Shown: positions 38,509 to 48,584 of the stretch, piece after piece
How the letters are laid out: the number at the start of each line of letters is the position of its first letter
How positions within the stretch are numbered: position 1 is the stretch's first letter
Source: Candidatus Doudnabacteria bacterium
GTDB lineage: Bacteria; Patescibacteriota; Doudnabacteria; UBA920
Reading direction: 5' to 3'
DNA: 64,000 nt
Assembly: GCA_963837465.1 (NCBI GenBank)
Contig: CAWINB010000004.1
Location: forward strand, 394,853-458,852
Notes under the pieces: generated by a model
Told to the model about the DNA's origin: nothing
Seen by the model: only the letters and a program-made list of their open reading frames with translations
Databases searched by the model: none
Program-made: the position numbers and the translations under genes

Positions 38509-38586
38509 AATTAGGGTTTAGCGGCTAGGGGTTAGCGTTTAGTGTTCCCGTTAATCCCTAAACGCTAAACGCTAAACGCTAATTTA

Positions 38587-39834
38587 ATGGCTAAAGAAAG
38601 TTACATTGTCGGCGTCGACGTTGGCACATCCAGCGTGCGCGTGGTGCAGGCTAAGCTGGACGGGCAGACCGGCCAGCTTAATATTATCGGCTCAAGCGAA
38701 GTCCCCTCGGCCGGTATGCGCCGCGGCGTAATTGTGGATATAGAAGAAGCGGTTTCCGCCATTTCCAGCGCCCTGGAAAAAGCCGAGCGGATGACCGGCG
38801 TGCCCGTGGCCTCGGCCAACGTGAGCGTGGGCGGCAGCCATATTTCGTCGCTTCAGTCGCACGGCGTTATCGCCGTATCGCGGGCCGACGGCGAAATTAC
38901 GGAAAATGATATTGTGCGCTGCGTGGATGCCAGCCAGGCCATATCCATCCCCCAAAACAAGGAAGTTCTTCACGTTTTTCCCAAAACTTTTACTTTGGAC
39001 GGGCAAAGCGGCATTAAAGACCCTGCCGGAATGAGCGGCATCCGTCTGGAAGTGGATACTATCATAGTCCAGGGCGGGTTGCCGTTCATTAAAAATTTGA
39101 CCCGTGCGGTAACCCAGGCCGGTTTGTCTATAGATGATTTGGTTTTGGCGCCGTGCGCGGCGGCCGAAGCTGTTTTAAGCAAACGACAAAAAGATCTGGG
39201 AGTCTGTCTGGTGGATTTTGGCGCCGGCACAACCAGCCTGGCGGTTTACGAAGAAGGCGATTTAATGCATACCGTGGTTTTACCCATAGGCAGCATGCAT
39301 ATTACCAACGACATTGCCATCGGCCTTCGCTGCAGCATTGAAACCGCGGAAAAAGTTAAACTGCTGTTTGGCCACAGTGACCCCAAAGCCATAGACCAGG
39401 ACGAAGAAATAGATTTATCCAAACTGGACAAAACAGAAGAACATTCCACCGTGCGCGGCTATGTGGCGGAAATTATAGAAGCGCGTCTGGAAGAAATTTT
39501 CAGGATGATAAACAGCGAGCTGAAAAAAATTTCGCGCGACGGCAAACTGCCGGCCGGAATTATTTTAACCGGCGGCGGCGCCAAAATGCCCGGCATAGTG
39601 GAATTTTGCAAAAAACATTTGCGCCTGCCCTCGTCTTTAGGCAAACCTCAAGTCTCCACAGTCATAGACCGCGTGGAAGACCCCAGCTTTGCCACAGCCT
39701 CCGGCCTCGTCCTCTGGGGCAACAAATACACCTCCAGCTCCGGCCAGCAACAACTGGGCAGCATAATCAAAAACCTGCTCAGCAACCAAAGCGTGGCAAA
39801 GCTAAGAAATTGGATGAAGAGCTTTTTGCCGTAG
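38587..39834 (+). CDS. ftsA: Cell division protein FtsA
   Basis: GVDVGTS, DFGAGTT, AEKVK, LTGGGA and a C-terminal amphipathic helix. Confidence 0.97.
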   Translation: MAKESYIVGVDVGTSSVRVVQAKLDGQTGQLNIIGSSEVPSAGMRRGVIVDIEEAVSAISSALEKAERMTGVPVASANVSVGGSHISSLQSHGVIAVSRADGEITENDIVRCVDASQAISIPQNKEVLHVFPKTFTLDGQSGIKDPAGMSGIRLEVDTIIVQGGLPFIKNLTRAVTQAGLSIDDLVLAPCAAAEAVLSKRQKDLGVCLVDFGAGTTSLAVYEEGDLMHTVVLPIGSMHITNDIAIGLRCSIETAEKVKLLFGHSDPKAIDQDEEIDLSKLDKTEEHSTVRGYVAEIIEARLEEIFRMINSELKKISRDGKLPAGIILTGGGAKMPGIVEFCKKHLRLPSSLGKPQVSTVIDRVEDPSFATASGLVLWGNKYTSSSGQQQLGSIIKNLLSNQSVAKLRNWMKSFLP

Positions 39835-39860
39835 TTAACTTTTTGTGCTATAATATCAAT

Positions 39861-40067
39861 ATGCGCAATTGGTTTATGAATGATAAACATTTTGCTAATA
39901 ATAATGAAAAAGCTATTTGGCAACTGGAACAAATGGTGAATTTTGGTTTGGCCCGGGGGGAGAAACTTAACAAGAAACAACTGTTAAAATTTTGGGACAA
40001 CCTGAGCCTGGATCCGTCCAAAAAGAAATTTTTACAGGATATAATTCCCGAATTATGGACATCTTAA
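39861..40067 (+). CDS. Small putative antitoxin partner of the AbiEii-like gene
   Basis: 68 aa (W.LEQ..NFGL..EKL); overlaps the start of the toxin-like gene. Confidence 0.55.
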   Translation: MRNWFMNDKHFANNNEKAIWQLEQMVNFGLARGEKLNKKQLLKFWDNLSLDPSKKKFLQDIIPELWTS

Positions 40068-40881
40068 GTTCCAGGCAGATTTTACTTTTGGAAAGTTTTG
40101 GCAAAGAAAAATTCCTGAAACAAAACTTTTATCTGACCGGCGGCACTCCCTTGGCCGCTTTTTATTTGCGGCATCGTTATTCCGAAGACCTGGATTTTTT
40201 CAGCGAAACGGAATTTGATGTTTTAGAGCCTGTTTAATAAATTGCTTTTGAAGGCGATCTGCCAGAGGCGGAGGAGCTAAAAAGTTGAAGAAAAATGAGG
40301 CGATACCAGGGATTATCGGTGAATTTTGATGAGACTTTTGCAGCCCAATTCCTGAAATTGCGGCCAAAATGAATTTTTAAACAGGCTCTTAGACATTACT
40401 TCTTATTTCGGTAAAGTTAAGCAGGAAGCGGGCTTTGAAAAAATTGATTTGCAGCAAAGCTTTAACCGCAATCTTTATTTTTTAACTTTTCCGGAGGAAG
40501 TTTTGAAGCTGGAGTTTACCTATTTTCCTTTTCCCCGCATTGAGCGCGGGCCGGAACATTATGGAATTACCACTGACAGCCTTACGGATATAGCGGTCAA
40601 TAAATTATTTTCTGTCTACCAGCGTACCAAGGCCCGCGACTACATAGACTTATATTTTATTTGCAGGCGGGAAAATTTTACAATCCAGGATTTAATCGTC
40701 AAAGCCAGGGCCAAGTTTGATTTCCACATTGACCTGCTGCAGCTGGGGACAAAGTTTTCGCGGGCCGCCCAGGCAACGGATTACCCGCGAATGATAACAA
40801 AAGTTACCGACTCCGAATGGCAAGATTTCTTTAAGGATGAAGGATGAAGCCAAAAAACTCGGCAGTCAAATTTTGGAATAA
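40055..40881 (+). pseudogene. AbiEii/AbiGii-type nucleotidyltransferase, disrupted
   Basis: FYLTGGT.LA..Y..HRYSEDLDFF, K...R...RDYIDLY. Broken by a MITE and by a 7-bp duplication at 40834-40847. Confidence 0.85.
40226..40388. mobile_element. 163-bp MITE with IS5-like ends
   Basis: 12-bp IRs gagcctgtttaa/ttaaacaggctc with a TTA duplication; removing it restores the host reading frame. Confidence 0.88.
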
Positions 40882-40891
40882 GCGCGGCTTT

Positions 40892-41015
40892 CTTTGTCAC
40901 TGTAGGGCAACAAATACCCCCCGGCTCAGCCCAACTCGGCAGCATAGTAAAAAATTTAATGAACAACGAAAACGTGGCCAAAATAAGGAAATGGATGAAA
41001 AGCTTTTTGCCGTAA
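40892..41015 (+). pseudogene. Diverged duplicate of the ftsA 3' end
   Basis: Encodes QLGSIVKNLMNNENVAKIRKWMKSFLP* vs ftsA QLGSIIKNLLSNQSVAKLRNWMKSFLP*. Confidence 0.88.
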
Positions 41016-41152
41016 TATTGACGCCATAAGGTATAAAGGTTACTTATATATTATACCCTTAAATAAGGGTTAATTTTGTAATAATATATTAAATATTAAT
41101 GTCGGCTAAACTTGTGTGTATTATAAAAAAGTCTTGACTTTTTTGTAATATC

Positions 41153-41533
41153 GTGTATAGTAGTCATATTTATTTTTTTGACACGGGATTGGTGAATGGG
41201 GATGAGGGTAAAAAGTTTGAAAATTTTATGGCTGTCAGCCTGCTTAAATCGGCATTGGGGGAAACAGACTATAGCGGAAAGGCCCATGAAGTAAACTATG
41301 TGCGCACTAAAGAAGGCAGGGAGGTCGATTTTGCCCTGGTGGAGAACAATAAAATTATCAGCCTGGTTGAAGCCAAACTGGCCGATGGAGAACCGGATAA
41401 AAATCTGAAATATTTTTCAGAAAAATACGGCATTGCCGGAACACAAGCGGTTAAGGAGCTTAAGCGCGAAAAATCTTTGGGCAAAATTGACGTGCTTTCG
41501 GCCGAGAGGTATTTAAAAAGCCTGTTTTTATGA
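41153..41533 (+). pseudogene. C-terminal fragment of an AAA+ ATPase/DUF4143 protein
   Basis: IYFFDTGL, FEN and Y.RTKEGREVDF; the ATPase domain is missing. Confidence 0.75.
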
Positions 41534-41609
41534 AAACAGTTTCGTAGCGGTCTCTAAAATCTTCTATAACAAACCATAAGTATAAGTAAGGGTAAATTTA
41601 TCCAAGTTC

Positions 41610-42929
41610 TTACTTTTCCTCAAACGCCGCCCATAGGGCGCGGAATTTGTCTACATAAGGCTGAGTTTCTGCTTTCAAATGATGCTGCCAATTGGCGCCA
41701 TAGTCCCGAATGGCGTGAGCTGCTGTAGGGGCGCCGCCATTATAGGCTGCCGCCAAGTACTCTCCCATAAACTTAGAATCCTGGGAAAATACTCTTCTTT
41801 GCTCCGGGCTGGCATTACTTAAATCTGAATCGAAAAGCAACAGGGAAGCCATTGCGCTATTTTGATGGTCGTCCATACCATCTCGAAAGCCTTTAACCAA
41901 CCTGGCTTCGGGATACTTTCGGGCAATCGATTCATAAGTATTAGGAATGAATTGGAACAAACCACCGGCTCCGGCGTTGCTATAGGCATAAATATAGGAG
42001 TATTCCCTATTAGCTCCTACAACGGTTAGCACTCTGTTAGTCAAATCGCCAATAACTTCTCGCTCAGCGTTGGCCTGGGTCAACGTCGGTACATTTGGCG
42101 CGGTTGGATGCTCTAATTTATGAGCCTCACGTTTAAAGACAAAGGGGTCAATATGTTCGCTCATGGAAAGTAGTAATGCTACCTTCATAGGCATGGCATC
42201 GGCCAAAAGTTTGCCTGGGAAAGCTTTGGATACTACCTTCCTCATTCGCAAAGCCTCCTGGGCCGCAATTAGTTGCCCGACTAAATAATCATAACCCTTT
42301 TTTCTTATGACTGGCGTGTCCAGGTCTTCGGTGTAGGGGGTATATATTTCTTCCTCAAAATTATTTTCGATTTGCAGCGCTCTTTTCAGGGCTAAAACTA
42401 CATGATGTTGGGGAGCCGTAATTTCAAACGCTGTGCCAATACCTAACGCCTCTCCTTTTACTACTTTAAAACCCTCCTTGTTAGGGGCGCCGTTTTGATC
42501 TACGTTTATGAACTCAATTTGGTTAGGGTGATTTACGGAATCAGTAGCCGCCAACAGGATATTGTAAGTTTTTAGCTTTTCTTTATGCTTTATAACAGGC
42601 GCCCTTTTTTGTCCTTTTCTTTTCTTCCCGTAAATCGGTACGGACTCAACTGTAAATCCCGCTTTTTCATCTTCTAAGCCAATCCAGGCCTGGTCAATAA
42701 TGCCAAAAATTTCCGGACGGTTAACATAAGCGTCTTCACTGCTTAGAGATTCTCCGCTAATGAATTTGGGCGGCCTCAACTCGCCTTCTTGTTCCTTTTT
42801 CACTTCTTGGGCCACTTTGGCCGAATCAACTTTTGACCCTTCGCGCGGCAGCCGGTTGCGGATAAAATTAGCGGCGGCTCCGGCTCCGGCGGCAATGAAT
42901 AGATCCCTTCTGGAAAATTTTTCCGGCAT
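41610..42929 (-). CDS. Lytic transglycosylase (SLT-like) with twin-arginine-like N-terminus
   Basis: S.AGAGGLFQF..T and LAAAYNGG; N-terminal SRRDLF. Confidence 0.75.
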   Translation of the reverse strand: MPEKFSRRDLFIAAGAGAAANFIRNRLPREGSKVDSAKVAQEVKKEQEGELRPPKFISGESLSSEDAYVNRPEIFGIIDQAWIGLEDEKAGFTVESVPIYGKKRKGQKRAPVIKHKEKLKTYNILLAATDSVNHPNQIEFINVDQNGAPNKEGFKVVKGEALGIGTAFEITAPQHHVVLALKRALQIENNFEEEIYTPYTEDLDTPVIRKKGYDYLVGQLIAAQEALRMRKVVSKAFPGKLLADAMPMKVALLLSMSEHIDPFVFKREAHKLEHPTAPNVPTLTQANAEREVIGDLTNRVLTVVGANREYSYIYAYSNAGAGGLFQFIPNTYESIARKYPEARLVKGFRDGMDDHQNSAMASLLLFDSDLSNASPEQRRVFSQDSKFMGEYLAAAYNGGAPTAAHAIRDYGANWQHHLKAETQPYVDKFRALWAAFEEK

Positions 42930-42941
42930 AAAATTTTATAC

Positions 42942-43937
42942 TTAGTAATAAAGATCTTGTTTGTATTTGTTCATCAGGTCGCGGTAGTTTTTTTCAACCA
43001 TGACATGGTAACAAGGCTGGTTGCCTTCTTGTTCCGCTTCAACGATGCCTTTTTCTTTGAGTAAAATCAGACGGCCTTCCAGCCAGCGTTTTTGCTGCGC
43101 AGTTAAAGGCCTGGAGATTTTTTCCAGGGGTGAAACTGCGTTCCCCGCGAGATCTTTTTTAAATTCATCACCCCAGACAATATCAACTGCCGCCCCGGTC
43201 GGGTGCACGGAACGGCTGGAACGGTTTCGGTTCCCCACTCTGGCCAAATCACCCGATTGCACGTCCCAAGGCCGGACAGCCGAGGAAACCATAAGCGGTG
43301 GCGCATCAGGAAACTCCAGAGCGTAGTCGTGGGCCAAATCGGTTAGGAATTCGGCGGTCCATTCCGCGCAATAATCTCGTTTATATTTGCTGCCTTGATG
43401 GACTTCTTTTCGGTGGTGCGGGCCTGTAGTGTAATAGGTGAAGTCTCCATGCAGCGATAAGTAAGGATCAAGAGTTAAAAATTTATTAGTTGGCAATTCC
43501 ACAAGGTAGCCACCATGGGGATTAGGAATCCCTTCGCCTTCTTTGTTCCTCATGTATCCATTATCGTTGACTTCAAACTTCATATGTTGCCACATGGCTT
43601 CTTTGTCTCGCAGACGGCTTAATCCATCTTGATCGGCCATTTCATTTTGCCGGTTCAGCGATTCGCGTCTGCCCAATAATTGAGTGGGGATGGCGTTTTT
43701 TTCATGGCTTAAGTCTGCGACTTTGGCGTGCCCTGGTTGACCTTCTTTAGCTTCATGTTTAGCTTCGGGTTTGGCTGCTTTTTGTGCTTCGGTCGGAAGA
43801 GGTTTGGGTTTGCTGCTCTCCAAAGAAGCCAGTTTTTTTGCAATGCCCTCTCCTGCTTGCTCCAGCATTGCGCCACCCAAAAAAGCGCCGCCAAGCCTAA
43901 GTGCATCCCTTCGATCGTATCCTTCTCTTTTAGCCAT
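42942..43937 (-). CDS. Zn peptidase M15/DUF5715-like protein with twin-arginine-like N-terminus
   Basis: VSSAVR, SVHPTGAAVDI and E..QPCYHV; N-terminal DRRDAL. Confidence 0.7.
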   Translation of the reverse strand: MAKREGYDRRDALRLGGAFLGGAMLEQAGEGIAKKLASLESSKPKPLPTEAQKAAKPEAKHEAKEGQPGHAKVADLSHEKNAIPTQLLGRRESLNRQNEMADQDGLSRLRDKEAMWQHMKFEVNDNGYMRNKEGEGIPNPHGGYLVELPTNKFLTLDPYLSLHGDFTYYTTGPHHRKEVHQGSKYKRDYCAEWTAEFLTDLAHDYALEFPDAPPLMVSSAVRPWDVQSGDLARVGNRNRSSRSVHPTGAAVDIVWGDEFKKDLAGNAVSPLEKISRPLTAQQKRWLEGRLILLKEKGIVEAEQEGNQPCYHVMVEKNYRDLMNKYKQDLYY

Positions 43938-44116
43938 AGAGGTTATTTTAAATAATATAAGTAATTATAGCATATTACGGGTAAGAAGCGACAAAAACCT
44001 ACTAAATAAGACGCTTTTGCTATTGACAAAATATGGAAAAAATGATATAATACAAAGTCAATATTATAAAGCGCCAGATAAAAACATCATTATTGGTGTT
44101 TTTAGCCGGCCCTTTA

Positions 44117-45385
44117 AGGGCCTGTTGCCGAATGCTTAAATTGGTAAAAAGATAAGCAAGCTGATTTTAGTCTAACCCTTTTTAGGATTAAGTTTGGTTA
44201 TCTTCGTATCAATTGTTTTGTTTGAGCGGTTTCGGAGGGAAATTTCAGGATACTTTTTCCTCTCCGGACGCGCTCCATCTCAAAGCCCCAATCTAGGGGC
44301 TTGTTTGTATTGGCAGAATGGTTATGGCTTTTTTAAGGTTATGGCAAATGGCTTCAAACGTGACCTGGAAAAATACTTTAGCCCGGCCTCTGAATTTGGC
44401 TCGTTTTCTGCATTTGGAGAAGGTGCCTTCAAAGGGCATTCTCATGGCGGATATCCAGCGATCCAAATCTTTGTTCTTGGTTTTGTTATTGTTCTTTCTG
44501 ATAGTTCCCGCGTGCAGACCGTGAGCTTTTAAAACATTATCGTTTTCTTTGCAGTCAAACAGCTTGTCGGAAAATACCATACCCTGTTTGGGGCAAATAC
44601 TGTCGGTAGTCTTGTAATCAGGTACATTAGCGGCGGTTACGGCCAGTTTGGTAATTAAACCGTATCTCATGTCCACGGCCTCGTGCCGCTTGTAGCCAAA
44701 CCAAATGCTGGTCTTGCTTTTGGCTCCCCAGCGGGCGTCTTTGTCGGTGGCGTAGTTTTTAACGTTTTTGTTGTTAAGTTTTTCCTCTCCGTCGGCTATG
44801 GCTTTGTCCCGTTCATCCCAGAGGGCGGTTTTGGTAATGATACTGGAAGCATCGATGAAGGTAAAAACATTGCCGACTAAGCCAAGTGATTCTAAATGCT
44901 TGTTAATACCGGTAAAAATATCGTAGAGTTTTTGTGCGCCAATTCTCTTTCGTAGCTTGCAAAAGTAGGTATGGTCAGGAGTTTGTTCTAGCAGGCCAAA
45001 GCCAGCAAACCAGCGGACAGCCATATTTTCCTTTACGCACTTTTCCATTTCCCGGTCCGAGTAGTCTTCCCAAAACTGGATAAGCAAAGCCAGAAAGCCT
45101 TTTTCTATGGCTATGCCGGTAGTGCCTAAATCGCTATACAAAGAACGTAAGGGAGAAACAAACTGCTCAAAGTCGATGATTTCCTTAAGTCTCCTAAATG
45201 GATGAGTGGCCTCTATTATTTTGTTAAAGATCTGTTGTTCTGTCTGCAAAAGAAACGGGCTGGTTTTATCATTGGGCTGTAACATTTTTTTATTTTCCTT
45301 AATGTTTACAGCTTAATTATATCATTTTAAAAACTTTTTTACTTGAGGAAAACTTAATATTTTTTGCCATTCGGCAACAGTCCCT
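44117..45385 (-). mobile_element. IS5-family insertion sequence
   Basis: IRs agggcctgttgccgaatg/cattcggcaacagtccct (1 mismatch); TTA (or TTTAA) duplication. Confidence 0.9.
44293..45285 (-). CDS. IS5-family transposase
   Basis: SDREME, PDHT..C..R, IDAS, FGYKRH and R...E..F. Confidence 0.9.
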   Translation of the reverse strand: MLQPNDKTSPFLLQTEQQIFNKIIEATHPFRRLKEIIDFEQFVSPLRSLYSDLGTTGIAIEKGFLALLIQFWEDYSDREMEKCVKENMAVRWFAGFGLLEQTPDHTYFCKLRKRIGAQKLYDIFTGINKHLESLGLVGNVFTFIDASSIITKTALWDERDKAIADGEEKLNNKNVKNYATDKDARWGAKSKTSIWFGYKRHEAVDMRYGLITKLAVTAANVPDYKTTDSICPKQGMVFSDKLFDCKENDNVLKAHGLHAGTIRKNNNKTKNKDLDRWISAMRMPFEGTFSKCRKRAKFRGRAKVFFQVTFEAICHNLKKAITILPIQTSP

Positions 45386-45440
45386 TTAACAAAATTTTCG
45401 ATTCACAAGTACCACGAATTTCGTCCAGGAGGACAACCCA

Positions 45441-46610
45441 ATGAAGAAGCAACACATGACGGCGAGCACGCTCGCCATTTTCGCGCTGATGGTTCTGGCC
45501 ACCATGACCGGATGCAGCAAACCCCAACCCGCGCCTGTTCAACAAAAAGCCGCGGAACAGCCCGAGCCGCCGCCGGCGCCCAAGAAGGTGTCCGTCACCT
45601 TTAAATCGTCGGAGGCCCCGTTCTATCTATCGGAGCATTACAGCGCTGGCAGAATCCAGGAGTTTAGGACGCAAAGCAATAAGTCTGACGATGTGTGGAC
45701 GGCTACCTACGACGAGATGAACCTTGGTAATAACAATCAGTACGCGACCCTGGTCCAAGACGGCAATATTGTGCTTACCAAGCGCATTCCGGCAGAGAAG
45801 TTCTCGGGCACCGAAGACAAGAGTATAGACTTAGACGACAGCGAGCTTGAGGCTCTCAGTCCTGACGGCTGGGTCGTGCGCCCGAATGTTCGCGTGCACG
45901 CGTTCAAGAGCGAATTCGCCGATACCAAGACCGTTAAAGTCGGGGGTGACGACAAGACCCTTGACGAACTCGCGAAGAGCCAGTACCCCTGGAGGATTAC
46001 CCGCTTCGGCCAAGGTTTCCAGGCCGAAGTGGATAACGATGTCCTCCTCAATGGCTTCCGTCCGGACGGAGTGCGCCTGTTCCTGCGGCGCCAAGAGGAG
46101 CTTAAGGCCGGCGACGACCTGGTCGAAGCCATTAAGGACGGATCCGTAACCGGTTTGGCCGTTGAGCAGCAGATTGGGAACTTCCATGAGTACGCTGCTC
46201 TGTTCGATTCTATGCCGGATGCCATTAAAGGTCCGGCGATCGATACGCTGGTTACCATCATGATTCCCAAAGTGACGGCCAAGGCTGACGAGCCTTCTGC
46301 TAGAAACGCTGCTGCTCGAGTCCTGCTAGATTTTACTTGGGACATGGTCAAGGCCATGCCGCCAACGATGGACTCAGCATGCAGTAACTGGCCAGATACA
46401 GTCGCAGACAGGCCGGTTCCGAACTATGGCAATCTCACCCAAAAGCAGTGCATGGAGAGGGTGGATATGCTTAAGTTCTGGGCGCGGCGCGGGCAGTTTT
46501 CATTCGAGAGGACCAAGGCCGATGTGGCCAAGGCGCTCGGTTCAGCTCCTGCTCCGGCCACCGGCGGCATTCCGAAAAAAGGTATCCCCAAGAAGGGAGC
46601 TGGTAAGTAG
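45441..46610 (+). CDS. Hypothetical lipoprotein
   Basis: Lipobox-like MTGC, GGAGG RBS and a Pro-rich linker. Confidence 0.7.
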   Translation: MKKQHMTASTLAIFALMVLATMTGCSKPQPAPVQQKAAEQPEPPPAPKKVSVTFKSSEAPFYLSEHYSAGRIQEFRTQSNKSDDVWTATYDEMNLGNNNQYATLVQDGNIVLTKRIPAEKFSGTEDKSIDLDDSELEALSPDGWVVRPNVRVHAFKSEFADTKTVKVGGDDKTLDELAKSQYPWRITRFGQGFQAEVDNDVLLNGFRPDGVRLFLRRQEELKAGDDLVEAIKDGSVTGLAVEQQIGNFHEYAALFDSMPDAIKGPAIDTLVTIMIPKVTAKADEPSARNAAARVLLDFTWDMVKAMPPTMDSACSNWPDTVADRPVPNYGNLTQKQCMERVDMLKFWARRGQFSFERTKADVAKALGSAPAPATGGIPKKGIPKKGAGK

Positions 46611-47081
46611 TAGTTGCTTTACCTCAAAATCCTCACTATAGGATCAGGGCGAGCAGTTTGCATCTAAATGATGTATTCTGCCCGCCCTGTTTTATTAGTT
46701 TAAATAGATATAAAGTTTTAATTATAGGAAAAAATATAATTTTCCTTTTAAATAAGGTACTAGATAATACTTATTCTTGACATATAGTTAGAAATAATGT
46801 ATAATAATAAGTCAAAATTAAATTAGTTCTTTATCTTCTGGTTTCATTTTTGCTCTTAAAGAAAAAGCAAAAATGAGTCCAGAATTTCTGGCTCAATTGT
46901 TCTTTAATAAATATCCAGGAGGATAAACGTTACTATTTTAAATTTAAGTATCCCTTGCGAATAAAGCATCCATAAAATGAATGTTTGGATTCTTTCTTAG
47001 CAAGGGATACTCTCAAGTTCCCAAGCGCCCGGCACGTAGTGCCGGTATCCCAGTCAATACACTGTACAACGGAGAAAAAAG

Positions 47082-48584
47082 ATGCGTCAGAATTTTTTCG
47101 TCACTTTACTCGCCGCGATGCTCATTCTCACGGTGGGAAACGTAAACGCCCAACACAAGTTCGTCCCGACAACACCCGCTCCGGCCGTCGCACAGGAAAA
47201 ACCGGTGGCCGCGGAGCCCCCGGCGGAAACTCCGGAACAGGCCGCACCGGCAATAACTGACGACCATATTAAAGAGATCGCAGCAGCGGCGGTAGCAGAT
47301 GCTATTGCCAAACTGCCGGCCCCGCCAAGCAAGACCGCTATCGTGACGGAGGTTGTGAAGCAAATGCCATCCGCCCCCAACTATGACTTTTTCTTCTATA
47401 TCCAGGGTGGGATTGACCTCGTTCTGGCGATCGTTGGGGTTGTGTTTCTGTTGTTGCGCCGTAAGTCCAAGCGAAGAGTGATCTCTGGGGGAGCCGCGGC
47501 AGCCATTTTGTTGGCTTGCTTGATTGCTCTTTCCACGGTTCCTGTTCATGCAGCCGGTCCTACTGCAACTTGCACGCCCTATGTAACCAAGGACGGCACC
47601 CCCGTCGATATTACGTGCAAGGTTAACGGCATTACCAGCGCCGGCACGGTTACGTTTAGTGATACTAATGTGACCGCGACTGACGTCCACCTGACAGGCA
47701 ACACCTTGAAGTTCAAGGCAACGGCGGGCACTGCGGCGACGGCTCCCAACAGCCCCGACATGGCGGTTGATACTACCGCCGTCGGTTCTCCACTTGCGGT
47801 ACTGGACAATAACAGCGCCGCTCTCGCAGATATGGTCGTCAACATCGTCAAAGGATCCCCCGCTCCCACCACGGGCAGCGGCGCTTCCTCGGGAGGCGAC
47901 GACATCCGTTGGCACGCATTGTTTAACAGCGTCTGCGGAGTTGATAAGGCCCATGCCCGCTGCGGAAGGGAATTCGGACCCGCCATTACGGGGGACGAAT
48001 TGTTTGCGAAGCTGAAGGCGGCTCGCAACCAAGCGGAGGAAAACCTGGTGATGGGTATGTTCTCCAATGCTGTGGAGTTTAACTCTACCGACCGGGTTTT
48101 CCAAGACGATCGCTTCAAGGACGCCGCAAAGAAGACCGCGGATGCTCTCGCCGCCCTGAATGGGGCTGTTCAGAGCATCCAAGGCGGCGTAACCGAAACC
48201 CGCGTTCGCGCAATCGCTCGCGAGGAAGTTCAACCGGCCACCACGGCGGCTAATGAGGCTAAGGGCATCGCTGGTCAGGCGCTTGGCGAGGCAACTCGCG
48301 CCAATCTTCGGTTGACCAACATCGAACCCGTCATCAGTGCGAACGTCGAAGCCACGCAAGCGGCTCTCGAACTTGGTGACCATGGCGGTTCCTTCCTCGG
48401 CTTCGGCGGCGGCCCCAAACGGGATGTCAAGGTCGAAGCGAGGGCGGCTGGGTTTAAGCTCTTCTGTGCCCAGACGCTAGCCAAAACCGGCAAACCGGGC
48501 GAAGGTTGCCCGGTTCCGCAGTCCCAAGCTTCGGCCCAAAACGGCACCGCTGGTACAGTGGTGCAGATGCAGCCGAAGAAATAG
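47082..48584 (+). CDS. Hypothetical secreted/membrane protein
   Basis: Signal peptide, internal TM plus a second signal-like segment, a Thr-rich domain and a coiled coil. Confidence 0.7.
   Translation: MRQNFFVTLLAAMLILTVGNVNAQHKFVPTTPAPAVAQEKPVAAEPPAETPEQAAPAITDDHIKEIAAAAVADAIAKLPAPPSKTAIVTEVVKQMPSAPNYDFFFYIQGGIDLVLAIVGVVFLLLRRKSKRRVISGGAAAAILLACLIALSTVPVHAAGPTATCTPYVTKDGTPVDITCKVNGITSAGTVTFSDTNVTATDVHLTGNTLKFKATAGTAATAPNSPDMAVDTTAVGSPLAVLDNNSAALADMVVNIVKGSPAPTTGSGASSGGDDIRWHALFNSVCGVDKAHARCGREFGPAITGDELFAKLKAARNQAEENLVMGMFSNAVEFNSTDRVFQDDRFKDAAKKTADALAALNGAVQSIQGGVTETRVRAIAREEVQPATTAANEAKGIAGQALGEATRANLRLTNIEPVISANVEATQAALELGDHGGSFLGFGGGPKRDVKVEARAAGFKLFCAQTLAKTGKPGEGCPVPQSQASAQNGTAGTVVQMQPKK

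Noticed and set aside
40844-41029. 61-aa ORF
   Set aside because: It is a chimera of the frameshifted toxin tail and an off-frame reading of the ftsA duplicate.
47106-48383. 425-aa antisense ORF (also 45737-46357 and 59066-59779)
   Set aside because: These are shadow ORFs opposite well-supported genes and show no motifs.
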